Program-made: the position numbers and the translations under genes | DNA from: Podarcis bocagei | Lineage: Eukaryota | DNA: 64,000 nt | Assembly (NCBI GenBank): GCA_964188305.1 | Contig: OZ076885.1 | Direction: 5' to 3' (one strand) | The notes under the pieces: generated by a model | Told to the model about the DNA's origin: nothing | The model's database searches: none | What the model saw: only the letters and a program-made list of their open reading frames with translations | In this document: piece by piece, positions 61,337-64,000 of the stretch | Layout of the letters: every line of letters begins with the position of its first letter | Numbering within the stretch: the first letter of the stretch is position 1

Positions 61337-61562
61337 CAGTGGTACCTTGGGTTAAGTACTTAATTCGTTCCGGAGGTCCATTCTTAACCTGAAACTTTTC
61401 TTAACCTGAAACACCACTTTAGGTAATGGGGCCTCCTGCTGCTGCCACACCACTGGAGCACAATTACTGTTCTCATCCTGAAGCAAAGTTCTTAACCCAA
61501 GGTACTATTTCTGGGTTAGCGGAGTCTGTAACCTGAAGCGTATGTAACCCAAGGGACCACTG
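61337..61562. mobile_element. Tc1/mariner MITE (subfamily B, inverted)
   Basis: TA|CAGTGGTACCTTGGGTTA...TAACCCAAGGGACCACTG|TA. Confidence 0.88.
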
Positions 61563-63799
61563 TATTCTGGAAGTAATTTCTGGATGACTTTGCTGTGTAC
61601 AACCAGTGCTGGGGGTGGGGTGCCAGTACGCCACACTAGTGAATATCATCACACACAAAAAGAACTGGATACAACCCAGCCAACCGAAGTCTATGCAGCT
61701 AGTGCACGGGGCTCCTTGCCACCTTGCTTTCAATGTAAACACCGAGGACAGCCATTTTGTGCCATACAGTTCTCTCTGGGAACAGTGGAACATTGTCAAG
61801 TCCCATCACTTCCAGGGGGACTTCCTTTATGTGCACTGAAAGCAAAATTATGTCATTTACTGGTGATTCCTAATAAGTATTTGGGAACAACTGGTTTAAA
61901 AGGCACTATAATGTTCTTTTGTGGTGAGGCTATAATTGCATTTTTCTAAAAACAGGTTGCCATTCGCAATCATCTGAGTTAATATGAGTATTTTCTGCTA
62001 TCCAAAATGAATTGTTTTTGCTTTCCAAAGGTCACAGTGATCTTCTCTAATCTGTTTTGCGGGTCCATGTCTTAACTCTTATCCTATATTCTGTATCCCT
62101 ATCTCGAAAGTTTCCCCTTTGACGTCAGTGCAGCTAAACACTTGTTAATAAATATTGTATGGGATAAGCATCAATATACAAGTACTTCATTACCGTTATT
62201 TTTTAAAGCATGCTTTTGCATAATTCATGACATGAGATATAGATTTTTTTCCAGAGGCTGATCATTCTAATTAACCATGATATATGTTATTATTATATGC
62301 AATGATAATATCTGACTTACAAACACATTGAGAATTAATGCCACCCAAAAATCCATATATTTGCAACCATAAAGAGTCAACTTCATCAGTTTTTTTCCTC
62401 CTTCAGCTTGTTATCTTTCCACTACTAATATTTAGCACCACATTTATCAGCTATGGGGTGCTAATTTTTTCCTCAATTAGTTTTTCTGTAATAAAAAAAC
62501 CACCTGGTACATTTCTCATGACTAACACGTCGCTTTTAAGGCACATTCCCCCAAGAGCCTCATGCCTCCATCCCAACACCTAGGGCATTTATTAGCCAGC
62601 TTTGGGAAGGCAAGCCAAGGGTGGGGAGCAATTGTCAAATTTTAAGCTTGCTCTCCCCCTTCCCTCCACACATGCAACAGGACAACGTGTAGCCCATGGG
62701 TTCCATGGTTAAAGTACTCTTGCAGCCCATTTTGTATGATAAGTTGTATGATAAGTTGGGCCTGTTCCAAGTGGTGCTGCTTGACTTTGACTGTGTGTTG
62801 AGGTCAGTGATATGAGATTTCTGGAACGTTTTGAATTTGCACAGGGTAATTTGCATTGGGATTTTTTTCTGGTGCCATAGTGAGAGCTAATTTAGCATGT
62901 CTATTTTACTTATATTTAATAAAAAAAGGTTTTTTTCTTTTTTTAAAAAAAAGTGCCACATGTTCATTTTTTGCCCCAATACACAAGTATTTGACCTAAA
63001 ATATTTGAAAGGGGGAGGAATTAAAGCACACTTAATGTGGTTTAAATATTATATTGTGTAGTATTGTTCATTGGAATGCTTGTACAAATAAAGACAATAG
63101 CATGCCCTTCCCTTACATTGTTTAAATTTAAGGTAGTGGGGAAGACACTGAAAACCATTGACACACTAAAGTTTATTTTCGCAAACCCAACTGACAACCA
63201 TTCTTCTAGTTTAGAATCAATTCATTGTTACTAATGAGCTTATGAAATGGAAAAAAGGGTATCCAGGAAATTACCCCACATCACTGAAAGTTAAATTGCG
63301 TAAGTGTAACAAAGTACATTTCTGGCTCTCAGATCATCGTGGTCCCCAAGAATACAAAAACTGGCCATCTCTGATTTTCCTTCACCTGTTGCTCCAAAGC
63401 TTTAGGATAGCATTGCCTATGAATACAAGCAGTCAGCTTTCCGCTCCAGACGCCACAGCCAAAATTAAGCAATTCCAGCAACCTTCCAGTTAGGCAACAG
63501 GTTTCCCGTATTTTGATCTTATTCTTCTTATCCTCCCCTACTCAACATACCCAGATCAGTGAAAGGCCTGCTTTTGCATGGTCAGGCACTTATACAAGGA
63601 CACTTAAAAAAAAAACTTCATTCCTCTCCTGCCAGGAGTTATTTGCCAGAAAAGCGCATACAAAAGTTTTCTTCAGTCCTTGTGGCCTGTCCTCTTTATT
63701 CAGCTCCCTGAATGTGTTCAGACTGGCATTTTTCCTTCGCTGATCAGCTACACTGAACACAAGCAACAGCCAAACAACTTCTTCACAGAACAAATGCAG

Positions 63800-64000
63800 T
63801 GTATCTTGACAAAGTCCCCCAAGATATTCTTGTGGAGAAGTTGGTAAAATGTGGGCTGGGCAAGGTAACTGTTAGGCGGATTCGTAGCTAGTTGACTGAC
63901 CAGACCCAGAGTGCTCACTATAATGGTTCCTCATCATCCTTAGAAAAAGTGACCAGTGGGGTGCTGCAGGGTTCTGTCTGGGCCTGTTGCTGTTCAACAT
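63800..64000 (+). mobile_element. CR1 LINE reverse-transcriptase remnant (runs off the window end)
   Basis: DKVPQDILVEKLVKCGL...TVRRIRS*LTDQTQ...VTSGVLQGSV, the CR1 RT motif, with stops and frameshifts. Confidence 0.85.

Overview
Vertebrate genomic DNA from a squamate reptile, probably a lacertid lizard, judged from near-consensus Sauria SINE copies and typical lizard MITEs. Two genes can be reconstructed, and they converge tail-to-tail. (1) Translin (TSN), + strand, 6 coding exons from 1273 to 7112, 229 aa, under a CpG-island promoter. (2) An uncharacterised Dbl-family RhoGEF, - strand, 6 coding exons from 27422 down to 10670, about 1141 aa, all splice phases consistent. It has a long low-complexity N-terminus, a CxxC-x21-CxxC putative zinc knuckle fused to the DH domain, a PH-like domain, and a C-terminal KKRRNAL motif that resembles a PKA pseudosubstrate (PKI-like) site. 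I know of no RhoGEF beside TSN in human. From about 28.5 kb to the end I recognise no host coding exon; that part is intergenic or 5' regulatory DNA rich in SINEs, CR1/L2 remnants, hAT and Tc1/mariner MITEs, a probable solo LTR and microsatellites. Best leads: the RhoGEF and its RRNAL tail; an intact 835-bp hAT element in TSN intron 1 carrying a promoter-like CpG cassette plus a splice donor; a natural H88N change in translin basic region 2; an in-frame TGA interrupting a possible N-terminal extension of the RhoGEF; and a microsatellite that grew out of a transposon target-site duplication. Family assignments come from recognition of sequence motifs, not database searches.
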